DNA of 64,000 bases, from assembly GCA_000002445.1 (NCBI GenBank), contig CH464491.1:3424001-3488000 (forward strand). The letters run 5' to 3'. The stretch is from Trypanosoma brucei (Eukaryota). Under the pieces are notes generated by a model. It saw only the letters and a list, made by a program, of their open reading frames with translations. It searched no databases and was not told where the DNA came from. Below are positions 11,636-24,301 of the stretch, piece after piece; within the stretch, counting starts at the first letter, position 1; every line of letters starts with the position of its first letter. A program made the translations under genes and the position numbers.

Positions 11636-12195
11636 GAGTTCCTTCTATCAACCCTCACTCACGATAACAATGTATGCTTGCTGAGTGGTGTAAACACAGA
11701 CGCCTCGAGAAGCACAAACTACTCTCCCTAAAGGCATGAAAGGAAACAAGAACAACGTAGGGGGCAGGGTAGCAAGAAAAAAAATAGTTGAGGTACCATT
11801 GTCCTGGACCCATTTACTCTCCTTCAGTAGAATCCCGATTACCGTCACCTATTGCCCCTCGCTCTCCGTATAACCTGCTGCTCGATATATCACCAAAACC
11901 ACCATAACAAACGGTGAACTACCGGCGCATCCAAACTCCACTCGTGTGACATTCGGCACGATATTCTTCCCACGTAACCACTAACGTCGTTAGCGGAAAA
12001 GGACGCACACCACTAGAACGGATAACAAAAAAATTACACAGCAGTATGTAGTGCAACACAAAAGCAAGAAGAAGGGAAAACACTTCCAACAGCATCTTAC
12101 AGCTATCCAAAGTGCCAACATAACAGGAGAAAAATGGGCACGTCGGTTACGAGTTAGTGGATTACCGAAAGTATTAGTATAAATTCTCTTATCAC

Positions 12196-13749
12196 AAAAG
12201 CATAAAGAGGACCTCATTATTTCACCTACGCACTCCGTGGAAAGTAAATTATTACCTCTTACAGTTCTTCGGGCCATTGTATCCTCTGTTCGACGGTGTA
12301 ACATTACTGTGGAGATTCTCCGTTCCCGGTCAACTCGCCTTCGCACCGCATACAACTGGACACCAGACTATTTAAAGACGCGGCCCTCAAGAACGGGTTT
12401 CGGAATGGTCGGACCCTCCCAGCACAGGTAGTCCGTAATTCGTTCCCTTTGGGCGCTCACGTCGGGGATCTCTTCCCAGTCAAACAACTCCGTGTCTTCC
12501 ACATCTTTCACGATCTCCGGCATACCCTTACCCCGGAACACCCACAACGCAACGATGTCGTGCTTCTTCTCTTCCCCGATGATTAGGGCAACCCCAAACG
12601 CGTACTTGCGTGTGTGCTCCATGCGCTGAAACCACCCACGGACGAGGTTCGCTGTCATGAATTGCATCTTGTTATCTTCGTTGTACTTGTAGCGACACCA
12701 GAACGATGTGTACCCAGCCGCGTCGTAGTTTTGGAAGAAGTATGGTGCCGCCACCGTGCGTGTGTCGTTGTTGCTGTACTCGCGCTTGAATGCATCCAGA
12801 ACAAATGGGCTCGGTGGGAGCTCGTCCAGCGGGTTCGGCTTCTTCTTTTCCTTCGGGACATCATCATCATCATCATCCTTCGGAGCGGGCTTGGGAGCCT
12901 TCTCCGCCTTAGGTGCTTGCTGCTCTGCCTTTTTAGCCTTCACTGGCCCGAAAGTTGCACCCTGGGATTTTAGTACTTCCACTGTCTTGGGTTGTTGCAT
13001 CACCGTGTTGTACAATCGGTAGACATTCCTGTACTTCTTTGTCAGGGCTTCACCCTCCGCAGCATTCGCACGGTAGTGAAATTGAAGGGCAAACGCGACG
13101 CAGATGTCTGCGACGGTCAGACGCTCACCAACCAGGAATGTGCGCGTCTCCAGCCATGTCTCAAGGCCACCAAACACCTCGTGCACGGAATCCATCGCAT
13201 CGACTGGGATGGGCACACCGCGGTATATGTTTAAACCAAATGGCTTTGCGGCAGTATCGAGTTCCGTTGCGGCGAAATCCAACCACATGTCCACCTGGCT
13301 GCCCTCAAAGGGTGTGCGGCCGTACAGAAAACTGCCGCTTTTGTCAAGTCGTGCGATGTGTCGGACGATCGCGTTTGACTCGAAGATACATCCGTCCTCC
13401 GTCTGGAGCACAGGGTAGCGGCAGCACGGACTGCAGTTGCGGCGATACTCCTCCGTCTCGTTCTCTCGCCCATATTCACACGCCTTCACCGTCACAGGAA
13501 CGTTTGCAAAGGCAGCAACCACCAGTAGCTTGAGGTTGCGGGCGTTTTCGTGGTGTGGCTGAAACCAGAGTGTGAGAGACATTGCTTTACTGTTGAGAGT
13601 AGTGTCAGAACTTATATCTACGAAACGCAGGTGTAAATCAAAGAGGGTGTAAAGGGGGGGGTGGAATGGAAGGACAGAAACCAGAAGATGGGGCCTGGAA
13701 CGTGAGCAAATTAACTGCCGCCTCTTCAGCAACGGTTGTTTCCAACTTG
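12196..13749 (-). repeat. Segmental duplication, copy 1 (EF-1 gamma gene plus flanks, 1554 bp); partner at 54593-56149
   Basis: Direct-repeat identity over about 1.55 kb, apart from one synonymous substitution and G9 versus G10 homopolymer length. Confidence 0.9.
12368..13582 (-). CDS. EF1G: Elongation factor 1-gamma (GST-like N-domain plus EF1G C-domain), 404 aa
   Basis: MSLTLWFQPHHENARNLKLLVVAAFANVPVTV... has GST-N/GST-C-like folds. A KPAPKDDDDDDVPKEKKK linker follows, then a conserved EF1G C-terminal domain (NPLDELPPSPFVLDAFKREYSNNDTRT...FWCRYKYNEDN...). The track ORF of 470 aa carries an upstream non-coding extension; the start chosen is the ATG at 13580-13582. Confidence 0.9.
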   Translation of the reverse strand: MSLTLWFQPHHENARNLKLLVVAAFANVPVTVKACEYGRENETEEYRRNCSPCCRYPVLQTEDGCIFESNAIVRHIARLDKSGSFLYGRTPFEGSQVDMWLDFAATELDTAAKPFGLNIYRGVPIPVDAMDSVHEVFGGLETWLETRTFLVGERLTVADICVAFALQFHYRANAAEGEALTKKYRNVYRLYNTVMQQPKTVEVLKSQGATFGPVKAKKAEQQAPKAEKAPKPAPKDDDDDDVPKEKKKPNPLDELPPSPFVLDAFKREYSNNDTRTVAAPYFFQNYDAAGYTSFWCRYKYNEDNKMQFMTANLVRGWFQRMEHTRKYAFGVALIIGEEKKHDIVALWVFRGKGMPEIVKDVEDTELFDWEEIPDVSAQRERITDYLCWEGPTIPKPVLEGRVFK

Positions 13750-14188
13750 GTGTCACCACGAAAGAAAGGTCAACGCCCATCGGCGAGGTTTTTCGCGCAA
13801 ATACATCTCAACGGGTCAACAAGTGGAGTATAATAAAAACGAGGGGTAAAAAAGGTCTGTAGCGGCAATGCACACCCACGGTTCGCTCCCAGAGAAAACG
13901 ACGCTAGGTAACTTATAGTGAAAAGGAAAAACAAGGTAGTATCGCGCAGTGGTGGCTGCCTCAACCATGATATCTATGAAAGGGAAGGGGCCACATCTAC
14001 CGCTGCCGTATGGGCCCAGATTAGTGCGCCGAACAAAGGCGAAACAATTTTATCATCATCTAGTCAGGGTTGACGCGATTTGGCAAGTACAAATGGTGAA
14101 AAACAAATACTCGGACGCTTAAATAACCCAACGATGCATTTTACCTATCTTGTTCAAAATTAATCGTCGCCGTGAGTCACTTTGGTGT

Positions 14189-15274
14189 TCATGTTGCCGT
14201 TGAAACAGATTGCTGAGCATCGCGGTGGGCCCGCTTTTCCGCGTAGGTTCGATTGGTCCTCCGCCTGTGCGGCTTCCTCGTGGCCGGCACAACCGCTTTA
14301 TCCGACGCACTTTCCCCCTCTCGTCTGGAAGCAGATGGGGTTGCAAATTCGTCGGGGCCTACGGAGCTCTGCACGCCACTGGAACTGTTGTTAGCATCGG
14401 TGTTTGCCTCCTTTTTGCTAACCATCTGAGTGCCAGACAACGAACCGAGGCCGCTGTGGGTGGTAAGATATTCCCACAACCCTAACGTGCGTGTGAATTG
14501 GAAGTATCGACTTCCGCCAGAAGACTTAAATAAAGAAACGTTAGCCATGGGCACGGCTGCTTCGGCTTCAGGTATTGGTAGAGAAGCACCACATCTGTCT
14601 TTCTTGTCTGCTGAAGCGGGGGGAGTGGCACTGCTGCCGTGGTTGCGAAAGGAACACTTCGGTTGCAAGCTAGAACACACCCTAACTTTTACGCTGTCAG
14701 TGCCTATTTTGGACCCCAATGCCTGCGACCAGCAACTTCGGTTTGGTGGCTCCCGTTGCCCCTGCTTCCGCCGCTCCTGTAGCTCACGCAACCGAGCAAC
14801 CATCCCCCTCTCGGTATCAAAACTTGCCCGTGATTCCAAATCAGATCCGCCCACATTCGACGGCTTCCCCCTCACAGGTCCATCGATGGTGACAATAGGC
14901 ACGTGCAGCCTCGGTGGAACTACGGCTCTCCTTGACTGGCTACTGGCATCGGCACATCCATCAAACGAACTAACACCACTCCCCACGACTACACACTCCC
15001 CAAAACCGTCTCTTTGTACCACAGGAGCACCCGACTCGCACACAGTGCCTAGACAGCTATCGGAGCCACTAACAACTGAAACCAACTTCGTCCCAAGCAC
15101 CTGCGGCGACCAATCGACCTTTTGCCGCTTTGTCACCCTGGTTTCGTGAAGCTCTAGCTCGCAGTCTGTGAGCATTGGACAGTCAACCTTTATCGGATTC
15201 GGAAAAGTATCTAGGCGGAGCGTGCTCCGGAGTGCTAGTAGCTCCTCCCTTGTGTAGCACTTCTTCTGCTGCAT
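14189..15274 (-). CDS. Hypothetical Ser-rich, low-complexity protein of 361 aa with an N-terminal YTREELLAL motif (YxxxxL-hydrophobic, eIF4E-binding-like)
   Basis: ATG start verified. Same strand as the rest of the transcription unit. Composition suggests a disordered protein. The motif lies at residues 7-15. Confidence 0.5.
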   Translation of the reverse strand: MQQKKCYTREELLALRSTLRLDTFPNPIKVDCPMLTDCELELHETRVTKRQKVDWSPQVLGTKLVSVVSGSDSCLGTVCESGAPVVQRDGFGECVVVGSGVSSFDGCADASSQSRRAVVPPRLHVPIVTIDGPVRGKPSNVGGSDLESRASFDTERGMVARLRELQERRKQGQREPPNRSCWSQALGSKIGTDSVKVRVCSSLQPKCSFRNHGSSATPPASADKKDRCGASLPIPEAEAAVPMANVSLFKSSGGSRYFQFTRTLGLWEYLTTHSGLGSLSGTQMVSKKEANTDANNSSSGVQSSVGPDEFATPSASRREGESASDKAVVPATRKPHRRRTNRTYAEKRAHRDAQQSVSTAT

Positions 15275-17787
15275 TGTCTAAAACCCACTCCAGAATGCAA
15301 AGCACAGATCCGAAGTGATGGAGAGGGAAATGTTGTTCTGAGATGATCTTCTCCCGCACGTACCCTTCCTCTTCCCCGCCCCACTTTCCCCCTTCTGCGC
15401 AACCCTCGCTGCTGCACCTCCTACCTCCGTCCGTTTCCCAATGAAATCGTAGCCACGGACCACTTCCCGGAGAGCGCAAAGAGAGGGAGGAAATGGCTGA
15501 AAGCTGCAAATTCTAGAAAATGGTAAGAACGTGCGCCAATATCCTCCTCAATAGGCGGCACCACCACCGAAAAAAAAACAGGTGAAAAATACGGAATGTG
15601 GAGCTGCTACGAGGACTTCCTCTAACAGGCGTCCTCTCCACAGCTCCTCCGCAGCGCTAGTTACTTCAGCTAAGATCCACAGGAGGTAAATGCACCCACA
15701 ATGGGAAGAAACTCATCATAAAGCGTAGAAATTAAGGCAAGATGAACAAAAAATGGGCGAGAGACAATGTGAACGAACTGAAGAGCGGCACCGTAAGAGA
15801 TAGGAAAGCACACGCACAGATTCATAAGTTAAAGAGAGAAGAGTAAACGCCCACAAACAGTGCCATACCGCGCTGCGTCAGCGTTTAGCGTGATTTAGTG
15901 ATGCATCTAGGTGGCACATGTTGTCTAAAACACACGTGCGTATCGTCCTCCACTCACAGGGACAAGCGGGGTGTCTTTAAGGGGGGAAATGCACGGAAGA
16001 AGTGTATGCTTTCCACCGAAGGTGTGCTGGCGGCAGGCGGTCAAACAAAAGTGACTACAAGATGGATGAAACCGCCGTTGTGATCCCGCTACCCGATAAT
16101 ACACAAAAAAAAACGTTAATTGCCTTCAAGTGTCCCCGCGTACGAATCCCATCCCATTTTCCCGTTACGCGTAGCACCTCTCCCGTTTCCACAACCTGCG
16201 TGGGGTCCCATGATCTTGATAGCATCAAGGGCAACCATCCCGTCTACCTGTCCCATCGTGAGTTGCGTAGGAAGGAATGAAGGGGAGACAAACCGACGGG
16301 ACAAAGTAAAAGATAATAGAAGAGTTGCGTAGTCCGAAAGAAAGGGAAAAAAGTAAGAGAAACAAGGAAAAGTATCAAAGAAAGGTGGAACGGGAATCAG
16401 GAGGATCTTTCATCAGAGAGCCCTTGCACTGAAGAATCCATTTATGTCAGCCGGATAACAATGAAAGATTGAGGAATAGGATGGTTACAGTGTCCCTCTC
16501 CCTTCCAGAAGCGGGGCAGTCACGGCAACGATCCAACAAAACAAAACACGAAAGGGTTTAAACAAGTGGACCACAAGTGTAGTACGTACGTTCTGACAAC
16601 TGCGCGCCTTTGGTGGTCGCAGCCTTTCTGGCACCACCCTCCTTTCCCCTACTTCACCAAACCCTTCTGCGATGCCTAAACCATTTCAGAGTAGCGACAA
16701 TGTCTTACCTGCTACACTTCTTCCTTCCCTTGTCTTTCCTTATTTACCTACTGGCTTCCGTCCCCATCACATCCTCTTCCCGTTCCTCACACTCCCTCCC
16801 TCCCTCCCTCCCTCCCACACGCCCGCACGCAACGTCGAAGCCCCTTCTCGCTTGATTGCCCCCATGGTCCCAAACACTTATCCGTCTCGCTCGATACTCG
16901 CATCGGCGACAGTTCAAAGGACCACAAGGCAGTATGGCCCGTCTTGGCACATGCATTGTGGCGCTGTGCAAGTACTCAATTGGCCATAATCAGGGAATGA
17001 AGGAATTACCCAAACGACTTGGGTCACATCACCAAGACCTGAGGCACAACGAGTCGTAAGAGCAGAGATAAGAAATGAAGAAACGGAAGTGGCACAAAAA
17101 AAAATTAAGTGAGGGAGTCAAAAAAAAAAAGGTGCCACAGGCAGTGATAATATTTAAAAAAAAGTGAGAAGAGATAGGGGGTGCAACGAAAAAAAAAAAA
17201 CACAGCATCAGTGCGGACGGCGCACGAGCTGGTGCAACTTCGAACACTTTCGCCTATGCATGCACGCATGCGAGCGTCTGTTTGATCTCAAACCCGCATC
17301 CGCCAAGTGACATGACGGCCTTTATATAATGTTGAGGTGCACGAAAGTGACCGCGGTAAAGGAAAACCAGTGAAAGTGAAGAAATCTTTAATCTCTAACT
17401 GTAAATGATCTATCTACGAAGTGTGCTTCAAAAAAAAAGGTCAACCTCGGTCTGCTCTCATGCATACAAATACGCACGCGGGTGTGAACACAGGTGGCCG
17501 GACGACCAAAAACAGCCCACCCACGAAGCGGAAGGATTACTACGAGGTAAAATAGCCTGTACCACCTTGTCAGTACTCCTCAAGATCTGTATAATAAGGA
17601 GTTATTATTGTTGCTGCGTTACTTCCTTCGGGCCATTAAAGGCACCAGGCTACCGACGACCCGCACGTAAATTGCCCTCCAAGAAAGGTTTTTGCCATCT
17701 TATCACACATCCTCCCGCCCGTCTAAGGGGGTGCCGCTCCATTCAACCGTTTACCAGCGGCGCCGGAACGTGCCAAAAGCGAAATAA

Positions 17788-19581
17788 TCATATGAAGTAC
17801 GCGGCAGACACACTCAAATCTTGGGGTGTGAAGGATGATCTGTGATGCCTCACACAATCTGATAACTTGGGGGTCGCATTCACCTCCTCGCTGCCTACTG
17901 GTGTGACGCCTGTTGGTGAAAGCGAAGCGTGAGTCGAAAGGCCACTACCCGCAGGTGTCAAAGGGAGATGCAAATACCCCACCGCCTGTCCTTTTTGAAG
18001 CGTAACTTGCACTGGGGATAATGTAGCACAAAAGTTAGATGCAGAAAGGCCAGCTGCAACACCACTACCGGCAGTTTCGCAAAAGCGGGCGGACGGCACA
18101 CATGTTGGTGTTGCTTCGTCTGATGGCCCCATTTTAGATCCGTCATCGACAGGTGTCCACTGGTATAATAATTCCTCTGCAGTCTCGCCCTCCGTCCCCA
18201 AAAATATCGTCGACAAATGCGCGTCCCGCAACAACCCGTCAGGGCCACGTCCTCCACGTGGGCTGTTCGTCATCGAAGCGATGGCCTTCGCCGTTACACC
18301 GCACACAGTCGAGCCGGGTGCTCCCTTGTCATCCATTGCCTCAGAAAAATCAGTGTGATACGAAAAGAGCGTACGGTTAGGAGGGTACCAAAAGCTATCC
18401 TCCTCTTCTTCCCCCACATCCTGCGATCCATCCTGAGTTCTCGCACCCCACGGCCCATTGCCCCCCACAAGGGCGCACCAGGTCCCCGGCGGGGACACAC
18501 CGGGGGATTTGCAGTGGGGTGAGCTCGTTTGACGCACGTGTGCGAGGAAAGCCTGTTGAAGCGACCGGAGTTTCTCGCGCTCAGAATGACTTATTGTAAC
18601 TGATGGCACGGGAGTCGATGTGGCATTCGAAATGCTACTGTTATTGGGTTCTTGGGCACCATATGCTGCACCGGCGAACGGAAACGGGAGATTGCCATCC
18701 CCGTCGAAGCCCCCAAGGCGCAGCTCCCGCGGTGTTAGTCCGATCTGCGCAGCCTCACGAACATCGTGCAACATGCCCGTGACATCATCCCCGTCATCGC
18801 TGGTATCCACGTCGTTTTTGAGCCCCCATACAGCATCCTGTCCAACAACACCGTACATGGGCACAAACGCATCGTAACACGCGAAAGCATCGCCTTCTAA
18901 ATCATACATCCATGGCGCTTGCTCCTGTTGGTCCCCAAATATAAACGGATCCGGGCCGCTTCCTGTTGGATAGACCCCATCTGTACCGGGTATGGCACAC
19001 AGATTGAAGCCATCCAGATTTGAATGCTCCTGTCCCATGTGGGTTTGGTAGCCTCCGTAGGTTGAGAACATCCCCGCGGGCCCCCCGAATAACGGCGGCT
19101 GAGGATATCCAAAGAATGCAGTTCCCATGGAGCACAACTCCTGCGATAGCTGATCGCGATTCTTCCGCTGTGCCACATTCGCTCTTTGTACAGACGGGGT
19201 ATTGACCGAGAACGGCTTTTCCTGTCTTGCAGGACGGCAAATATCCAACTTTCCTCCCCGAGGGGGGTGGCGAAGCATCACCTTAAGTACTTCAAGACTG
19301 TCACCCGGGAGTCTCCCCGACTGGACCAAAGATATCACGTGTGAGCGGAGATCAGAGATGGTGTCGAAAGATTTTGTCGGCCCATGTGGTTGGGCTCGCT
19401 TTTGCTCCCCACCAGCGAGACCCACGGTAACCTTAGGGACGGGCACCTCCGTCATATCCACGTTTTTGGTTTCCTCTCCAAAAGTTATTGACCCATTAAT
19501 TATATTCTGAGCGGATGGATGCTTTCTGTTGTGGTTATTTTTACCGCCCTGTTGGTGCCGCTGTTGCCACGACGAGTACAT
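17788..19581 (-). CDS. Hypothetical protein, about 597 aa from the first ATG (the ORF stays open upstream to 19815 and beyond with a GTG)
   Basis: Long minus-strand ORF. The track start at 19815 is GTG; the first in-frame ATG is at 19579-19581. No recognisable domain. Confidence 0.5.
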   Translation of the reverse strand: MYSSWQQRHQQGGKNNHNRKHPSAQNIINGSITFGEETKNVDMTEVPVPKVTVGLAGGEQKRAQPHGPTKSFDTISDLRSHVISLVQSGRLPGDSLEVLKVMLRHPPRGGKLDICRPARQEKPFSVNTPSVQRANVAQRKNRDQLSQELCSMGTAFFGYPQPPLFGGPAGMFSTYGGYQTHMGQEHSNLDGFNLCAIPGTDGVYPTGSGPDPFIFGDQQEQAPWMYDLEGDAFACYDAFVPMYGVVGQDAVWGLKNDVDTSDDGDDVTGMLHDVREAAQIGLTPRELRLGGFDGDGNLPFPFAGAAYGAQEPNNSSISNATSTPVPSVTISHSEREKLRSLQQAFLAHVRQTSSPHCKSPGVSPPGTWCALVGGNGPWGARTQDGSQDVGEEEEDSFWYPPNRTLFSYHTDFSEAMDDKGAPGSTVCGVTAKAIASMTNSPRGGRGPDGLLRDAHLSTIFLGTEGETAEELLYQWTPVDDGSKMGPSDEATPTCVPSARFCETAGSGVAAGLSASNFCATLSPVQVTLQKGQAVGYLHLPLTPAGSGLSTHASLSPTGVTPVGSEEVNATPKLSDCVRHHRSSFTPQDLSVSAAYFI

Positions 19582-22500
19582 TAACAGCAAGCGACTAACC
19601 TCCTCAATTGTTTTTTCCCCATCAGCCGCACTGTCGAAACCGGTACCATTTCGCTTCGCGCGAAGGTCTTCCAGAGAAACATCCGTTACCACTTTTGTAA
19701 TAGAACCAACTGGTTTCGCCCGCCGGCGCACATGCGTGGTGTTCACAGGTTTTTCCCTCAGGCCGCTCGCAAACGCATCACCAGCTGAAACAGTGGCACC
19801 CCCATTGTGCTCCACAAGCTGAGTTGCTGCGTTACGTCCATCACAATCAACACCAGCACGGCGCTGCCCACGCCGACCCCTCCGGCATCTCGCGGAGGCA
19901 CTGCTTCACATACTACAGCGGTGACCCGTTCACCGTTCGCGTTTTCAACAGTGTCTTTCACTGGAGACCCCATACAACAACTTTGTTTCCTTGTAACACG
20001 TGATATGTAACGTTGTGCTAGGTGAGCTTCGCCAGTGATGTTATCCCCACGAGCAAATGAAAGGTACAAAGAAGCAATTAATAGTCAGAAGAAATAAGCA
20101 CAAAAATCAGCATCACAAACATAAACTCGCGGAAGAAAATTCATGTGCCCACATGAATCTCAGTAAACTCTGCAGCACGTAGAGTATGCTGTAACTGCAC
20201 TTCACAAGGAATAGCAGAATACAAAAAAAAAAAGACTTCACCTAAGCCGTTAATTTATGCAGTACTCACTGAAGCAGACAATGGTGGAAAAGAATCTGCT
20301 GTAACCCAATGGGAGGACGCTCAGAAGGAAAAAACAAATAACGGCTTAAATGAGCAAACCACTAAAACGGAACCCCATGTTCTGTAGACGTAACCTGTGG
20401 AAACGCCAGAGATTAGTGGACTCGAGTCATCAGCATTGCTACTGTCCAGAACATCTGTTACGACATGCCGTTCGGCACACACTATTTTTTTAGAAAAAGA
20501 TGCGAAGCAGTAACTTTTAACCACAAATGAGTGGCTCCGCGTCGAGAACCGTTTCCTGACAAATGACGAGCCGTAACGAGGATAAAATGCAGCACATGAA
20601 CGATTCCCCTCATTTAAAAGAACATTATGAGTGAGGTACCAGTGGTGCCACATCTACATCTAAGAGATGGTTTATGCACCCCAACGTAATTTGCAAATAT
20701 CAACGATATATGATCGTTTTTTGTTGTTGTTGTTTTTCTGTGAAGGGAGAGGGGGAAAGCAACATACGCGGTACATGTATATATGCTTTAATATTGATAA
20801 ACGGTGAGTCGCGTGCGCGACTTCAGAAGAAGGACGACGTCACCGCACGGCGTCCCCAACTCCTGCGAACGCGTTTGTTGCTCTCACTCGGAAAGAGCTG
20901 TCATTCATCCGGAAACCCTAGCGGAAAATCACCACGGAAAGGTGGCGTCGGCACGACAAACAATCCACAAGGTTAGAGAGAGGTGAGAGTGTCACACGCC
21001 TCAATAGTTACAGTGAAACCACCTAGAAACACCTCAAAACTATATGGCAACGGATATGCATCCGCAAGGTTATGATATGGTTCTGAACGGTAAGTATAAA
21101 AATGCAAAACACGCACGCAGCCAATATGCACAAAAAAGTCTTAGTAATTACCGCACTCACCCGAAACCAAAATCTCGAAGTCGTTTGTACACCTCGTCCC
21201 GAAGCTGATAAATACCCAGGCTCTCCAAATTCATCACATGAGTTATTGCATACCATAACTAACCACACATATGCGTACATTATTACTGCGCCAAGCCTCG
21301 TGTCACGATTACCAAAGTTTCATTAATATTGAGCATAGAAACGGTGAGAATCGATCGTACATCAATTTTAAATAGTGCGATCACACGCTGTGTGTCGAGT
21401 TAACGATCAGAAGCTGACTACTGTCCCCGTGAAAGGGAAACTTGCACGCGAAACTGCACCTTGACCTCCACCACCGAAACGGAACGTGAGCATCCATGAG
21501 TGACCAAATGAAGCCACGGTACCTCTGCATGTATGAATCACATGTCACAGAAGGTGAGACGTACATAAATAAGAAAACGAGGACTCCTCGTATAGAAAGG
21601 ATTATTAGTACATTACTTGCATTTCCCCCGTTGTAGCCAGTTTTGTTGTTGTTTAGTCAAAGTCTCTAGACAGCAGACCACCCCGTAGAGTGGCATAAGG
21701 AACCATGAGAAAAGAGCAGCATGCAAGCAACGGAGCCAACAAGTACTTGAATACCAGTAGCTCCCCCAGCCGCCATGACAACCCGACAGATGCCACACCC
21801 TTCTGTGGACCATATTAAAGACCTCATTTAAGATTTGACACGTTAACGCCGTATGTTATGCTTCAGCCAATCGAATTTGCGGAATGTCTGCAAAATTATC
21901 CCCATATTTCCTCAAAACACGATGCTGTTGTTTCCGAGTCAGTAGGGATCGCACCTCTACACCATAGGCAGCAGATGATTTCCATATCTTATGGGGAACA
22001 CGACAACCTCAACATAAACACGATTCATCTTATCCAGTCACGGCGCCTACCTTTGATACTATAAAGAGATAATATGGATAATAATCGGGGGTCGTACACG
22101 GAAACCCCTGTAAGATATCATTGGAGTGCATATCACTGTTTATTCACACTTTACCGAAACCGGGTGCTGCGCCATAACGGCACAAGAGGGAGTATTATCT
22201 GGTATACCAAAACTAAATGCGTAAGGACTACTACTCAAATTTCTTTGAAGCCCTTATCCACTTCTGCCACCAACACCGGCGTTCACATACAGCTCGTAAC
22301 CTCTCCCCATGGCACAGTAAGCAGGAACACTAACACATAAACAAACAATATAATTTTTTCCATGCAGGTAATCCGACAATACAACAACCCACTGGAATGA
22401 TTTTCTTCATGCTAACTTTATCCCACGTTGAAAGGGGGCCGTGTCACACCAACAAGGCTGTATATAGATAACATGTATGCAAAGTGGCTCTAACTCCAGT

Positions 22501-24301
22501 TTATCCTTAATACCCATCATTTCGGAGAGGCAGCAGACTAGTGTTTTACAAACTTAAAAACCGCGACTGACTTGTGTCCCCATGCACACACATTTAAGCC
22601 ATTTAAGCTGGGGAAACTGCAAACCACAGCGTAACATGTAGAGACTGTGAAGGGGTAGAAAAAACGAACCGGAAATAATCCGGGAGATGTTTCCAATAAG
22701 CGTCAAAAGAGGATAACCCGGAGGTATTATCCAAAACACTGGTCAGTGATAAAAGATTTCGTCAAGTGTAAAAATAATATCATCAGATGCTACTCCTAAT
22801 TCTTTTAATGTTGACACAATCCGACCCATGTAAGCCTTAAATATTACAGCACAGCAAAGGCATACAGTAGTCACACAAAAATAAAATACAACCCCAACCC
22901 ACGTCGAATTTCCTCAAATGTTAAACAAATTATCGCGTTCATTGTAGCGTGGCAACCTCCATAACCAAGTTTTTTTCCGGGTATGCAGAAGGTTGTGGAT
23001 AGACGAACTGAACGGAATTCCACGCAAGCAAATCCTACAGAAGTTCTGGAGTACTTTTAACACCTCAGGGTCCGTAATATTCGGCGTATTTTCAAAGTTT
23101 CAATAAAACCGAGATACGTCACCGGCTATTTCCGATATAAGAGCGTTCTTCACAAAATTAACAGGAAAGGTGTTTCAGCAAATGCCGAATATCAGTAGGC
23201 ACAAAAATGAGCATGTAAATCATTTTCTTTTCCCCGTTGTAAGGAACAGGTACCAGCGGGGATTGTTGTAACCGACTCATACTTTGTTTCGTACATCGAT
23301 AGCCTGTGTTGTGATGGAGAATGCGGTTTCACAATTCTTTTGACATGCTCTGTACACCCTTTCACCAAGCATGCGTGTTACAATTCCTCCTCATTTTTAA
23401 CATATCATTTAGGCCTAGCAAATTCTAAAGCCTGTATTGCGCCAAAACCTACGATGCAGTCCCTTGGACTAAAGTAATCATGTGCATGGAGGTGGTCCTG
23501 TTCCTGCCTAACACCGCGAGAGCGGTACTACAAAAAAATGAAGATAAATGAAGGAACCATAAAAAAAAACGTTTGGTGAAAGGTTGCATAACTGGAAATG
23601 CCCTTCCCCAAATCGGATCCCACCAAGTAATGCTCATTGCCACGTTGTGCCAAAAAGGGGGGCAGTCGGTTATTTCCCGAATCAAGCCACCCCAATGTCT
23701 ACGTTGAGTTTAACCTCTGTCGGGTCGGTAAACGAGCAGAGTAGTAGAGACATTAATTTCAATGTCAATCAACTGTGAATTTTCTCGCCCAATACCCGAA
23801 AGATGCAAATACGGAAATTTTACAACTGAGTTCCCCGCTCCTTGTATGGCACAGATCAACGTCTTAGGAAGTCTAGACCCAACTCCTCCATACCCGAATG
23901 TCTATGACTGAGAAACACAACCAAGTAAAATTAATGTGACTCTTTTCTACGTGTCAGAGTGCACGCCGATGAACAGAGGTGGACTACACACACCACCAAT
24001 TGTTAATGTCTACAAAAGGTGTCGTCAGGTGAGAAAAACAAAACACTTAATCTCAGATAATTTGCCTCAGCTGTGAGTTCTACCAATGTGCAAGAATTTC
24101 AATTACGTTTGCCTGCACCACCGACTTGCAATACACGTCCCCGATTCTCTCTTTTTTATACGAACCCTTAAATGGATAAATCAACGACAATAAGGAAGAG
24201 CGGAAATGCTGCAAGAGGTAGTTGATCAATTGTTAATATAAAGTGAAGCTCGAATGTGGGGAAAAAAAATTGCCGTGAAAACAGCAAAGGAAACAGAGTA
24301 G

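Noticed and set aside
12368-13780. 470-aa ORF (and 547-aa ORF at 54765-56408) as longer EF-1 gamma isoforms
   Set aside because: The extra N-terminal residues differ completely between the two copies, because the duplication ends about 170 bp upstream of the ATG. The track reports M for non-ATG codons. The conserved protein starts at MSLTLWF.
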